Shown here in pieces: positions 19,755 to 27,292 of a stretch of 31,627 bases of DNA (positions within the stretch are counted from its first letter, which is position 1; every line of letters begins with the position of its first letter). The translations under genes were made by a program, and so were the position numbers. Source of the DNA: a virus (taxonomy: Duplodnaviria > Heunggongvirae > Uroviricota > Caudoviricetes); the IMG/VR virus record IMGVR_UViG_3300032315_001694, one strand, 5' to 3'. The notes under the pieces were generated by a model. That model did no database searches. It was not told the origin of the DNA and worked only from the letters and a program-made list of their open reading frames with translations.

Positions 19755-20567
19755 TTAGGAGGAAAGTGGATTTTTACCAAAAATTAACACATCTACTCTA
19801 TTTTCTATTCTAGAAAGAGGTGGAAGTTTAACTTCATCAACAATCCATCTCTCAATCAACATATCCGGGTCTTTTCTAGCGTTGTGTTTAAGAGGTAATT
19901 TATCAAGCTCCTCAGTAGTAAACTTAGCCAAAACTCTTTGCCTTTGAACATAAGTACCACGTTTGAAGAAGTCTGGATAATCATTCCAATTTACACCTTT
20001 TTGGAAAAGAAGTTCCTGCTTTTCAGAACCATTCTTACCGTGAAGGAAATTGTGTGAGTAATACTCAGATGCTGCCATAGTAATAGAGTTTTTAGTAGCA
20101 TCCTGTTCTCTCCAAATAAATGTATTAACTGCTTCATCAAGAGTAGGAACATTGAACACTCTAGCGTCAAATCTCGGCATCAATTCGCCTTTTTCTGGAA
20201 TGAACTTTGGTAGATGTCTGTTAAAATAAACAGAACACATAGAAGCTAAATCAGAAATCATTTTAAAAAGACGACCATTGAAGTAGATAGCTGAGTTAAT
20301 ATCATTAACATACCAAACAAGAGTGATTTCATCAGATTGTGAATAACCACAATTAGCATTAGTTTCCTTAACAAGGTACTTAGTTGTTTCAATCATCAAT
20401 TTTGAAAGCCTTTCATCATAAGGACGTTTCAAACCTTTAGTAAATTTTGAAAATCCCTTACCATCAAGACGAGCGATTACGGGAATACGTGGAAGCATCA
20501 TGATTCCACAGGTTTGGTTTTCGTAAAATTTTTGACGATCACCAAGTGAGTCTTTTGTTTTTTTCAT
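19755..20567 (-). CDS. thg1: Thg1-like tRNA-His guanylyltransferase / 3'-5' polymerase (270 aa; start re-assigned to ATG 20567)
   Basis: RLDGKGFSKFT, YSQSDEITL, FDARVF, WREQDATKNSI, WNDYP..FKRGT motifs. Confidence 0.92.
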   Translation of the reverse strand: MKKTKDSLGDRQKFYENQTCGIMMLPRIPVIARLDGKGFSKFTKGLKRPYDERLSKLMIETTKYLVKETNANCGYSQSDEITLVWYVNDINSAIYFNGRLFKMISDLASMCSVYFNRHLPKFIPEKGELMPRFDARVFNVPTLDEAVNTFIWREQDATKNSITMAASEYYSHNFLHGKNGSEKQELLFQKGVNWNDYPDFFKRGTYVQRQRVLAKFTTEELDKLPLKHNARKDPDMLIERWIVDEVKLPPLSRIENRVDVLIFGKNPLSS

Positions 20568-20651
20568 ATCAGTTTTTCTTTTTTTCAAATTTCTTTGAAA
20601 ATTTTTTAACCACCTTTTGTTCAAAGAAAAATGATATGTTATTTAGTAATA

Positions 20652-20683
20652 CAAATATAAGTTAAAGTTTTTAATTTTTCAAA
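20652..20683 (-). promoter_or_regulatory. Bacteroidota-type sigma promoter (TTTG-N20-TATATTTG) upstream of the Thg1-like gene
   Basis: Exact match to the TTTG / TAnnTTTG consensus with a 20-nt spacer. Confidence 0.7.
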
Positions 20684-20696
20684 TTATCTGTAATGG

Positions 20697-21506
20697 TTAA
20701 ACTGCGACCTGCGTGGTTCCTTTCATATACATTTCTTCAAATTTTTCTATTCTATCTAACAACTCTTTAATTGTTATAACAGATTTTTTGTTTTTACTTA
20801 TATTATCATTATGTATCATCAATCTACAATTAGCAGGATGTGAAATTATTTTTGGATCTATATCCATTTCAAATCCCTCTCTAACTGATAACATATGATC
20901 TCTACTTACACCACCCAAATTATTTTTTTTATTTGTTGGTGAATACCATCCATATTTTTCAACTAAGGAAAAATCGAATTCATCTGAATAATCTTTAAGA
21001 TTGAATTTGAAATTGGAATCTAACCTATACTTCTGATATTCGTCCATATTTTTTCTTCTAAAACTTTTTCTACATTCAGAGGAACAATAACTTAAATCAT
21101 TTCTATCTTTTTGAAAAATATTTCCACAACCTTTACAGGTAATATCATAAATACCAATTTTACCTTCTTCCTTAATACCATTTTCTATAAGATATTTATG
21201 TATTGATTTTCTTATTTTATCTCCCCAGGTGACTTCTCTTCTTCCGTTTGATTCACTTGCAAAGCAAGAGTGATTACAATAATTATTGTCCTTAGAATCA
21301 TATGGTATTATAGTATCACAATGAAGGCATTTCTTTGGATTTTCTAAATACTTTTCTTCTCTTTCTTTTTTCTTTTGTTGGAAAGTATCTGATACTTTAT
21401 CATAATTTCTCAAATATTTATTCACAAATATGTTTCTACAAGTAAGAGAGCAATAAACTCTCTTACCAGTAGTTTCGTTTTCACATTCAATATTTTTACA
21501 CTTCAT
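20697..21506 (-). CDS. Putative HNH-type homing endonuclease with N-terminal CxxC..YCSxxC Zn-finger repeats
   Basis: Three Zn fingers (C..C...YCSLTC, CLHC...YCNHSC, CKGC...YCSSEC); C-terminal SRDHMLSV...ISHPANCRLMIHNDNISK. Confidence 0.75.
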   Translation of the reverse strand: MKCKNIECENETTGKRVYCSLTCRNIFVNKYLRNYDKVSDTFQQKKKEREEKYLENPKKCLHCDTIIPYDSKDNNYCNHSCFASESNGRREVTWGDKIRKSIHKYLIENGIKEEGKIGIYDITCKGCGNIFQKDRNDLSYCSSECRKSFRRKNMDEYQKYRLDSNFKFNLKDYSDEFDFSLVEKYGWYSPTNKKNNLGGVSRDHMLSVREGFEMDIDPKIISHPANCRLMIHNDNISKNKKSVITIKELLDRIEKFEEMYMKGTTQVAV

Positions 21507-21524
21507 AATTTAATATATTTTTAT

Positions 21525-21534
21525 TATATATTAA
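21525..21534 (-). promoter_or_regulatory. TTAATATATA motif within a 10-bp inverted repeat (21509-21535)
   Basis: TTTAATATAT-N7-ATATATTAAA ends 2 nt before ATG 21506. Confidence 0.6.
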
Positions 21535-21586
21535 AGTGGAGAGTTTCCCTATTGAACTATCAACTAGTGATTTTTGCCATACCCCG

Positions 21587-21662
21587 TGGAGCTGGTCGGA
21601 ATCGAACCGACCACATACACTCTTTGCAAAAGAGTCCCGCCAGCCTTGGAACATGCAACCCC
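21587..21662 (-). tRNA. trnA: tRNA-Ala (UGC)
   Basis: Acceptor GGGGTTG/CAGCTCC with G3.U70, A73; anticodon arm ACTCT-TTTGCAA-AGAGT; T arm GTCGG-TTCGATT-CCGAC. Confidence 0.92.
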
Positions 21663-21667
21663 ATGTG

Positions 21668-21740
21668 TGGAGAATAACGGATTTGAACCGATAAATCTTG
21701 CCAGCCAGACAAGTGTTTTAGCCAATTAAACTAATTCCCC
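21668..21740 (-). tRNA. trnA: tRNA-Ala (GGC), atypical U37
   Basis: Acceptor GGGGAAT/ATTCTCC with G3.U70, A73; anticodon arm CTTGT-CTGGCTG-GCAAG. Confidence 0.82.
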
Positions 21741-21778
21741 TGGAGCAGGCACCGTGATACAACGGTGGATCATCCTGC
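21741..21778 (-). other. 38-nt minihelix-like spacer element ending in U-CCA
   Basis: GCAGG-ATGATC-CACCGT-TGTATC-ACGGTG-CCTGC-T-CCA; abuts the 5' end of tRNA-Ala(GGC). Confidence 0.4.
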
Positions 21779-21783
21779 ATTTG

Positions 21784-21857
21784 AGTCGATAACCGGGATC
21801 GAACCGGCTCTATTCCTGCTTGGCAAGCAAGTGCACCACCATTTATGCGTCATCGAC
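21784..21857 (-). tRNA. trnG: tRNA-Gly (GCC)
   Basis: Acceptor GTCGATG/TATCGAC, U73; anticodon arm CTTGC-TTGCCAA-GCAGG. Confidence 0.9.
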
Positions 21858-21861
21858 ATTG

Positions 21862-21935
21862 AGCAGGAGACCGGGATCGAACCGGCTCTATTTCTGATTG
21901 GAAGTCAGAAGCACCACCATTTATGCGTCACCTGC
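21862..21935 (-). tRNA. trnG: tRNA-Gly (UCC)
   Basis: Acceptor GCAGGTG/CTCCTGC, U73; anticodon arm TCTGA-CTTCCAA-TCAGA. Confidence 0.9.
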
Positions 21936-21985
21936 GAGTTTTACATCCTGGTGGGATGAGTTTTTAAGAGTTTTCTTTCTCTTTG

Positions 21986-22056
21986 AGCGGATAGTCAGAA
22001 TCGAACTGACGTCACAGGCTTGGAAGGCTAGTGTAATACCATTATACGATACCCGC
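21986..22056 (-). tRNA. trnG: tRNA-Gly (UCC), anticodon stem with two mismatches
   Basis: GCGGGTA..TATCCGC, U73; loop CTTCCAA; T arm GTCAG-TTCGATT-CTGAC. Confidence 0.85.
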
Positions 22057-22064
22057 AAATATTG

Positions 22065-22154
22065 TTGGCGAAGTGGGATTCGAACCCACGTTTGAAATTA
22101 TCTCAAGATACCGCTACAGGTATAGTGTGTATAAGACACCACTGCTATTCGCCA
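22065..22154 (-). ncRNA. Non-canonical tRNA-like element (7-bp acceptor and T arm intact, no standard D arm, anticodon ambiguous)
   Basis: TGGCGAA/TTCGCCA; hairpins GGTGT-CTTATAC-ACACT, ATACC-TGTAGC-GGTAT, TTGAG-ATAAT-TTCAA; T arm GTGGG-TTCGAAT-CCCAC. Confidence 0.65.
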
Positions 22155-22156
22155 AT

Positions 22157-22190
22157 AAAAAAACCCAGTCATTTTTGATATGACTGGGTT
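22157..22190 (-). terminator. Intrinsic terminator/attenuator hairpin between leader A and the Gly/Ala tRNAs
   Basis: AACCCAGTCAT-ATCAAAA-ATGACTGGGTT (11 bp) followed by a U tract ending 2 nt before the first tRNA-like gene. Confidence 0.88.
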
Positions 22191-22224
22191 ATATTTTTCA
22201 AAATGAAACTTTTATCTCGTTCAT

Positions 22225-22296
22225 TTACATAACACAGCCATTGACTGACGCTCCCGCGCCGCCCCCTATAATCGATATGTTTGTAAATGTATTCAT
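22225..22296 (-). CDS. Leader peptide A, MNTFTNISIIGGGAGASVNGCVM (23 aa)
   Basis: Codons 11-16 are GGG GGC GGC GCG GGA GCG, a GC-rich island in AT-rich DNA; A-rich sequence precedes the ATG; followed by the terminator. Confidence 0.82.
   Translation of the reverse strand: MNTFTNISIIGGGAGASVNGCVM
22229..22241 (-). promoter_or_regulatory. Candidate antiterminator strand of attenuator A
   Basis: AUGGCUGUGUUAU can pair with AUAACCCAGUCAU (22192-22180, terminator 5' arm): 12 of 13 positions including one G.U. Confidence 0.75.
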
Positions 22297-22318
22297 TTCA
22301 GTTTTTATTTTGTAATGT

Positions 22319-22328
22319 TATATATTAA
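22319..22328 (-). promoter_or_regulatory. TTAATATATA motif upstream of leader A
   Basis: Exact motif 22 nt before the leader ATG. Confidence 0.55.
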
Positions 22329-22366
22329 AAGTTTTCAGTCTCTTTTGACTATTTTGATTTATAATA

Positions 22367-22398
22367 CAAATATATTATAAAGTTTTTAATTAACCAAA
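22367..22398 (-). promoter_or_regulatory. Bacteroidota-type sigma promoter (TTTG-N20-TATATTTG) for leader A and the Gly/Ala tRNA operon
   Basis: Exact consensus match with a 20-nt spacer. Confidence 0.7.
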
Positions 22399-22442
22399 TT
22401 TATTTTTATATCATTTCAATTTCACAATATACACTAATACGT

Positions 22443-24416
22443 TTAACCTCCTATGGTGAAAATTACATTATCAATTGTGCCTTTATAACCTATTCTTTGT
22501 GCTTTCTTATCACTTGCTATTAATTTAACTATTTTAATAATAGTTGAATTTTCAGTGAGTGGCGTTTCAAACTTTTGTGTAGTAGAAACTTTACCTAAAT
22601 AATCATTTTCCAATTTATAGATCTGTCTGGCAAAACTCTCGATTATTTGATTCACACTGCTTTTTCCAATAGTTATACTAATTTTAAATGGATGTATATG
22701 TTTTATTAAACTCTCATATTTATATAATTTGTTAAAATTAGTAAGACCATAAATAGACAGTTCTAAATCTGAATAGTCTTTTTTAACAACTTTTTTAACT
22801 TCTTTATTAGTGAGGTCCAAGTACCTATTTACTTTCAAATCGATTGGAAGATCAAAGATATCATTATGCTTATAAATAGTAACCACATTGTCTTTGTTAT
22901 GTATTATTTTTTGATAATTTTTTTGATAATCACCACCAACACTTTCAGGCGAATTACCGACTAATGAATTTAATATTACTAGATTAGCTTCAAAATTACT
23001 GGACATTTTAATACCCAGTCCTTCTTCTACATTATAGTCTATTGAATTAGAATTATAAATTTTGTTATATTTATCACAAATTATTTTAGCAAGTTCTTTA
23101 GAAATTTTTAGACTGGAAGGGCTATTATCAATTATGCCAGATCCAAAATAGCGAGCCTTAGTAGATTTTACAAAAGCTTCTTCATTCCACAAATTATCTA
23201 ATAATGCCTGCTTTAATGCACTATCTTTTGGTATCTCGTGTGATTGAGTTTTAAAAATGTTTGGATCTACTAATTTACCGGATAACCTGTCGGTAAAATA
23301 ATTAGCACCTTTAAATATTTCTTCTACTTTATTTAAGGTAACATAGATGTCATCTTTGAATATTTTTTCCAAAAAATTTGATAATACGTTATTCCTAGCG
23401 CTATCAGATTTAGTCCAAGTATTAAACTTACGTGCCCAATTAATACATTCTTCTTTTGAAAGTGTTGGTATTACCTCTAACCATCTGTTTGTTGTGGTGG
23501 ATGATGACAATTTTGCATAAACTTTTTCTTTTCCATCATTTGCAGCACCATAAACTAACTTATGAACTTCATCCATACTAACCTCATAGTCTTGTAACAT
23601 TCCTTTAATCTTGTCTTGTACACTACTATCTAATATATCATGTGCTGCACGAAGTGAACCATCTGGTTTAAGTGTTACTCCTATTTTAAACTTTACATCA
23701 TATTCGTCTAGATTGTAATTTAGAACTATTATTTGCTTATTACCTTTAGTAATGTATGTGTTCCACATACTTTCAGATGAAACGATACACCAAGCTGTAT
23801 CATATGCAAGTTTTTTAATATCTTCCCAATTTTTGACATAAATAACAACAATATTATTTTTTTCAAATATTATTTTGGATTCTAGTCCTTGTAAAAGCTC
23901 TTTAACATTATCTAAGTCATTCTTAGGATCTTTACTAAAGACCTTCATAGCACTTAATAAACTGTCATAAGATTTATATCTGGAAATTTTACTAAGAAAA
24001 ACATCTATATTAGATTTATCAACTAATTTTAATATTATATTTTTCGTATCAAATCCAATATTATCTTTCTTAATAAAAGATTTTTGTAAGCTGGGCAATT
24101 TATTGATAAAATTATTAATTTTAATTTTGTTATTAACGATTTCGATTTCATCAAGTAATTTTTCATATTTAAATTTGTTGATATCAATGGTTTGATTTTT
24201 CTTCTTTAATGTGTCTAATTCTGTAGCAAGTTTTTTTAGATCCTCAAATGATATATTTTCTTCAAATAAATATTGTGTAAATTTACCAATATATCCTAAG
24301 TTTTTGCTTAATAGTTGTTTTAGCTTTTCAAAATCCTCAAATTTCTTCTTAAAAATTGATTTAGCCTGGTCCATATTTTCATTTAGAAAATCTCGATATT
24401 TTAGAATTTTGCTCAT
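22443..24416 (-). CDS. Hypothetical protein (657 aa), candidate internal head protein
   Basis: N-terminus MSKILKYRDFLNE; TTAATATATA 6 nt upstream (24423-24432); YDTAWCIVSSESMWNTY motif. Confidence 0.75.
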   Translation of the reverse strand: MSKILKYRDFLNENMDQAKSIFKKKFEDFEKLKQLLSKNLGYIGKFTQYLFEENISFEDLKKLATELDTLKKKNQTIDINKFKYEKLLDEIEIVNNKIKINNFINKLPSLQKSFIKKDNIGFDTKNIILKLVDKSNIDVFLSKISRYKSYDSLLSAMKVFSKDPKNDLDNVKELLQGLESKIIFEKNNIVVIYVKNWEDIKKLAYDTAWCIVSSESMWNTYITKGNKQIIVLNYNLDEYDVKFKIGVTLKPDGSLRAAHDILDSSVQDKIKGMLQDYEVSMDEVHKLVYGAANDGKEKVYAKLSSSTTTNRWLEVIPTLSKEECINWARKFNTWTKSDSARNNVLSNFLEKIFKDDIYVTLNKVEEIFKGANYFTDRLSGKLVDPNIFKTQSHEIPKDSALKQALLDNLWNEEAFVKSTKARYFGSGIIDNSPSSLKISKELAKIICDKYNKIYNSNSIDYNVEEGLGIKMSSNFEANLVILNSLVGNSPESVGGDYQKNYQKIIHNKDNVVTIYKHNDIFDLPIDLKVNRYLDLTNKEVKKVVKKDYSDLELSIYGLTNFNKLYKYESLIKHIHPFKISITIGKSSVNQIIESFARQIYKLENDYLGKVSTTQKFETPLTENSTIIKIVKLIASDKKAQRIGYKGTIDNVIFTIGG

Positions 24417-24490
24417 ATGTGATATATATTAAATATTTTTTGTATTTCTAAGTAACATCAACTTTTATAATTTTCCAAATTATAAATTAA

Positions 24491-25195
24491 ATGTTAAATA
24501 CAGGATTTGGTGCCAATAAATCTGATGCTATCAGATTACTTCAAACTACTATAAATATATTGGAAGAGTTTAACATAAATCACTTTTTAATTTCAGGAAC
24601 TTTATTAGGTTACATTAGACATAATGATTTTATTCCGTGGGATGATGATATTGATATATTGGTAGATGAAAGCTTTTTAGATAAATTACAAAAAATATCT
24701 GAAAAATATCCTAATCTGAATATTTTCAGAAAGACCAAACATAAATATGATTCAATTAAATTTTGTTTTTCAGATGGTACAGAGATACCTGAGAATCTTT
24801 CTGTAAAAGAATGGAGAGAAAATTCTATATCTAAAGATAATAAATATTGCTGGCCTTTTATAGATATTTTTATTTATGAAATGGGTCCAGGATTACATAG
24901 TTGTTCTCGTGAGTTTAAAGAAGAAATAATTAATAATATACCTATAAAAATATTTCACCCATTCTCTGGACAATGTTCAGAATGTTTTCGACTATTTTCA
25001 GAAAATGAAATATCATTTTTTCATAATGAATGGAATAAATCAGAATTCTTTCCACCAAAAAGAGTTAATTTATTAGGAGTGGATTGTAATATTCCAAAAA
25101 ATCCAGATTACTTTTTAAGTCTAAACTATGGACCAAATTACATGACCGAAATAAAACCACCAACTATAATACATAAAATAGAAAAAGTAATATGA
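24491..25195 (+). CDS. licD: LicD/fukutin-family nucleotidyltransferase-fold phosphotransferase
   Basis: SGTLLGYIRHNDFIPWDDDIDI, FIDIF and IPKNPDYFLSLNYG motifs. Confidence 0.9.
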   Translation: MLNTGFGANKSDAIRLLQTTINILEEFNINHFLISGTLLGYIRHNDFIPWDDDIDILVDESFLDKLQKISEKYPNLNIFRKTKHKYDSIKFCFSDGTEIPENLSVKEWRENSISKDNKYCWPFIDIFIYEMGPGLHSCSREFKEEIINNIPIKIFHPFSGQCSECFRLFSENEISFFHNEWNKSEFFPPKRVNLLGVDCNIPKNPDYFLSLNYGPNYMTEIKPPTIIHKIEKVI

Positions 25196-26895
25196 TAGAA
25201 GATATTAAAAACCACATCGCGACTGGAGTAGATGCTAAAATATTACAGTATGAAGAAAATGCTGTCGATATTTCAGATGATAAAATTGACTTAGTAGAAA
25301 TATTAGGAGGAAAACAAAATTGCATTCTCATCAACATGGAAAAGGATGTTCAAAGATATCATACATCAGTGGATCAATTAAAGAAAGTATCAATTAAAAA
25401 TTTTGTACACTTAAAAGGCACTGATGGAAGAAATAAAGATAAAAAATATCTTGAGGATGATTTAACTTATATACTTCAGTTTCTAAGTCAATTTAATTCA
25501 GATATAGAACTTAAACAAATAAAAATAAATGATTTTTCTGAAATAAATGACAGTGGTGTTCATATTCAAGATGGACCGCTAGGCTGTTATTGTTCTCATT
25601 TAAGGGCTCTAATTTATGGATATTTAAACTATGAAGATTATACAATTATCTGTGAAGATGATATATCGATAACAAATACTGAGAAAATTGAAAAGTATAT
25701 AAAACAAATTCCAAATGATTGGGATATTATTTGTTTGAATTCAAGAGCAAAAAACATAAGTTACGGAGATTTACCTTTTTATAAATTCACTGATGATTTT
25801 CATTCAGGTCATTTTTATATTGTTAAGAATGAATGTTTGCCGATTTTATTTAGTGGAATGTATCCGATGACTGACCAAGTAGATGTTCTTATGGCCAGTA
25901 TGGTTCATAAACTAAATATCTATAACATACCAGATACGGTTTATCAAAAGAATATTAAAACAAATACCCAAAATAATTTGAGTATTATATTTAGCTCTCC
26001 TAATTATAAATCAGTTACCGAATCATTAAGCAACTCTGAGGAAATATTAAATATTTTAGCTAATAAAATTCTTACAGATAATGAAGAAAGAAATAAAATT
26101 ATTGTTAAAAGTTTAATGCATGATGTTCTTTATAACTTCATACTAACTGATGGAATAAACAATGAACCTGGCCCAAATATTGAAAATTATCAATTTGATA
26201 ATATTTATAAAGATGATCCCGATTTTATTCTTTTAGAAAAATATATCACTTTCTTCTTACAGTGCTCTAGAAAAGGAATTAATCCTCAATTGTCCGCCAA
26301 AGGATTATCAAATGTTTGCTTATTCACGTTAGATAAATTTAGTGAATTACATAACACACTAAATGAATCTGGAGAAATAATAAAAGCTCATAGTTTTGGT
26401 TCTACTGCACACACATATAAAATTGGAGATAATCTACTTAAAAGATATAATAATAGATTAAGATGGGCCACTGAAGGTCATGAAAATGTTGATGATATAA
26501 TTAGTAAAGAATTAGATTTATTATCAAAAGTAGGATCAAAAGTAATATGGAGTAATAATAGAAATATTTTGATGCCTTATTATGGTGAATCGTTATATAA
26601 TGATTTCAATCTACCAACCGATTGGAAAGAACAGATAACTAAAATATTCTCAGATTTAACTAATAAAGGCATTTTTTATCCAGAGTTTAGATTACAAAAT
26701 ATATTGACCTTAAATGGTAAGATCACATTTGTGGATTTCGGATTAGCAGAATTTAGAACCGAATGTGATAATACAGAGAATCTTAATAAGTTTATTAAAT
26801 ATTTAAGTTTAATGGAAGTAAGGTTTAGAAATGTTAATGATATAGATGAACTACATAGGCTAATTTCAACTTTCTATTTGAATAAAGGATTATAA
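25192..26895 (+). CDS. Glycosyltransferase family 25 domain fused to a C-terminal protein-kinase-like domain
   Basis: GT25: CILINMEKDVQRY, GTDGR, LGCYCSHLRAL, IICEDD. Kinase-like: GSTAHTYKI, FYPEFRLQNIL, ITFVDFGLA. ATGA overlap with licD. Confidence 0.8.
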   Translation: MIEDIKNHIATGVDAKILQYEENAVDISDDKIDLVEILGGKQNCILINMEKDVQRYHTSVDQLKKVSIKNFVHLKGTDGRNKDKKYLEDDLTYILQFLSQFNSDIELKQIKINDFSEINDSGVHIQDGPLGCYCSHLRALIYGYLNYEDYTIICEDDISITNTEKIEKYIKQIPNDWDIICLNSRAKNISYGDLPFYKFTDDFHSGHFYIVKNECLPILFSGMYPMTDQVDVLMASMVHKLNIYNIPDTVYQKNIKTNTQNNLSIIFSSPNYKSVTESLSNSEEILNILANKILTDNEERNKIIVKSLMHDVLYNFILTDGINNEPGPNIENYQFDNIYKDDPDFILLEKYITFFLQCSRKGINPQLSAKGLSNVCLFTLDKFSELHNTLNESGEIIKAHSFGSTAHTYKIGDNLLKRYNNRLRWATEGHENVDDIISKELDLLSKVGSKVIWSNNRNILMPYYGESLYNDFNLPTDWKEQITKIFSDLTNKGIFYPEFRLQNILTLNGKITFVDFGLAEFRTECDNTENLNKFIKYLSLMEVRFRNVNDIDELHRLISTFYLNKGL

Positions 26896-26930
26896 TTATA
26901 AGTTGGTATTTTAAATTATTAGTTTAAAGT

Positions 26931-26940
26931 TTAATATATA
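26931..26940 (+). promoter_or_regulatory. TTAATATATA motif
   Basis: Exact motif 23 nt before ATG 26964. Confidence 0.55.
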
Positions 26941-26963
26941 CCATTAGAAAAAAAAATACAAAT

Positions 26964-27284
26964 ATGAAACACATTAAAAAATTCAATGAGAGTCTTGAAA
27001 GAGGACAAATTATATTTTCAGGGGAAACTAAAAATGGTTGGAAATATAATATAGTATCAACTGATGGTTCAAGAGATGAATTAAAATTAACATCAGAAAG
27101 AGGATCAGATTTAGATGCCAGTGAAATGCTACATGAAGCAGTTGATGCTTATATTGAGGGAGGTTCAAGCACTAAGGGATTTTTTGTTGATGTTGAAGAT
27201 ATAACAGAAGCTTATGATAAAATGATGTCACTTGTTGACCATGCTTCAAGTTTAGATGGTTTGGTTACCATGGAAGATATTTAA
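26964..27284 (+). CDS. Small acidic protein (106 aa), candidate internal head protein
   Basis: N-terminus MKHIKKFNES; late-type motif upstream. Confidence 0.7.
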   Translation: MKHIKKFNESLERGQIIFSGETKNGWKYNIVSTDGSRDELKLTSERGSDLDASEMLHEAVDAYIEGGSSTKGFFVDVEDITEAYDKMMSLVDHASSLDGLVTMEDI

Positions 27285-27292
27285 TTTTTTTT

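Noticed and set aside
21784-21935. 23-nt and 20-nt direct repeats at 78-bp spacing resembling a mini CRISPR array
   Set aside because: They are the shared D and T arms of two tRNA-Gly genes; only two copies and no cas genes
21936-21985. Small hairpin CATCC-N5-GGATG in the spacer between the two Gly(UCC) tRNAs
   Set aside because: Only 5 bp and no other features; could be chance
22157-22400. T-box or metabolite riboswitch upstream of the tRNA arrays
   Set aside because: No T-box consensus (AAUUAGAG...GGUGGNACCGCG) or recognisable aptamer; the leader-ORF model explains the sequence better
17149-24432. Track ORFs 17149-17376, 17346-17549, 18087-18314, 20713-20898, 24211-24432
   Set aside because: Nested in well-supported genes; no independent signals
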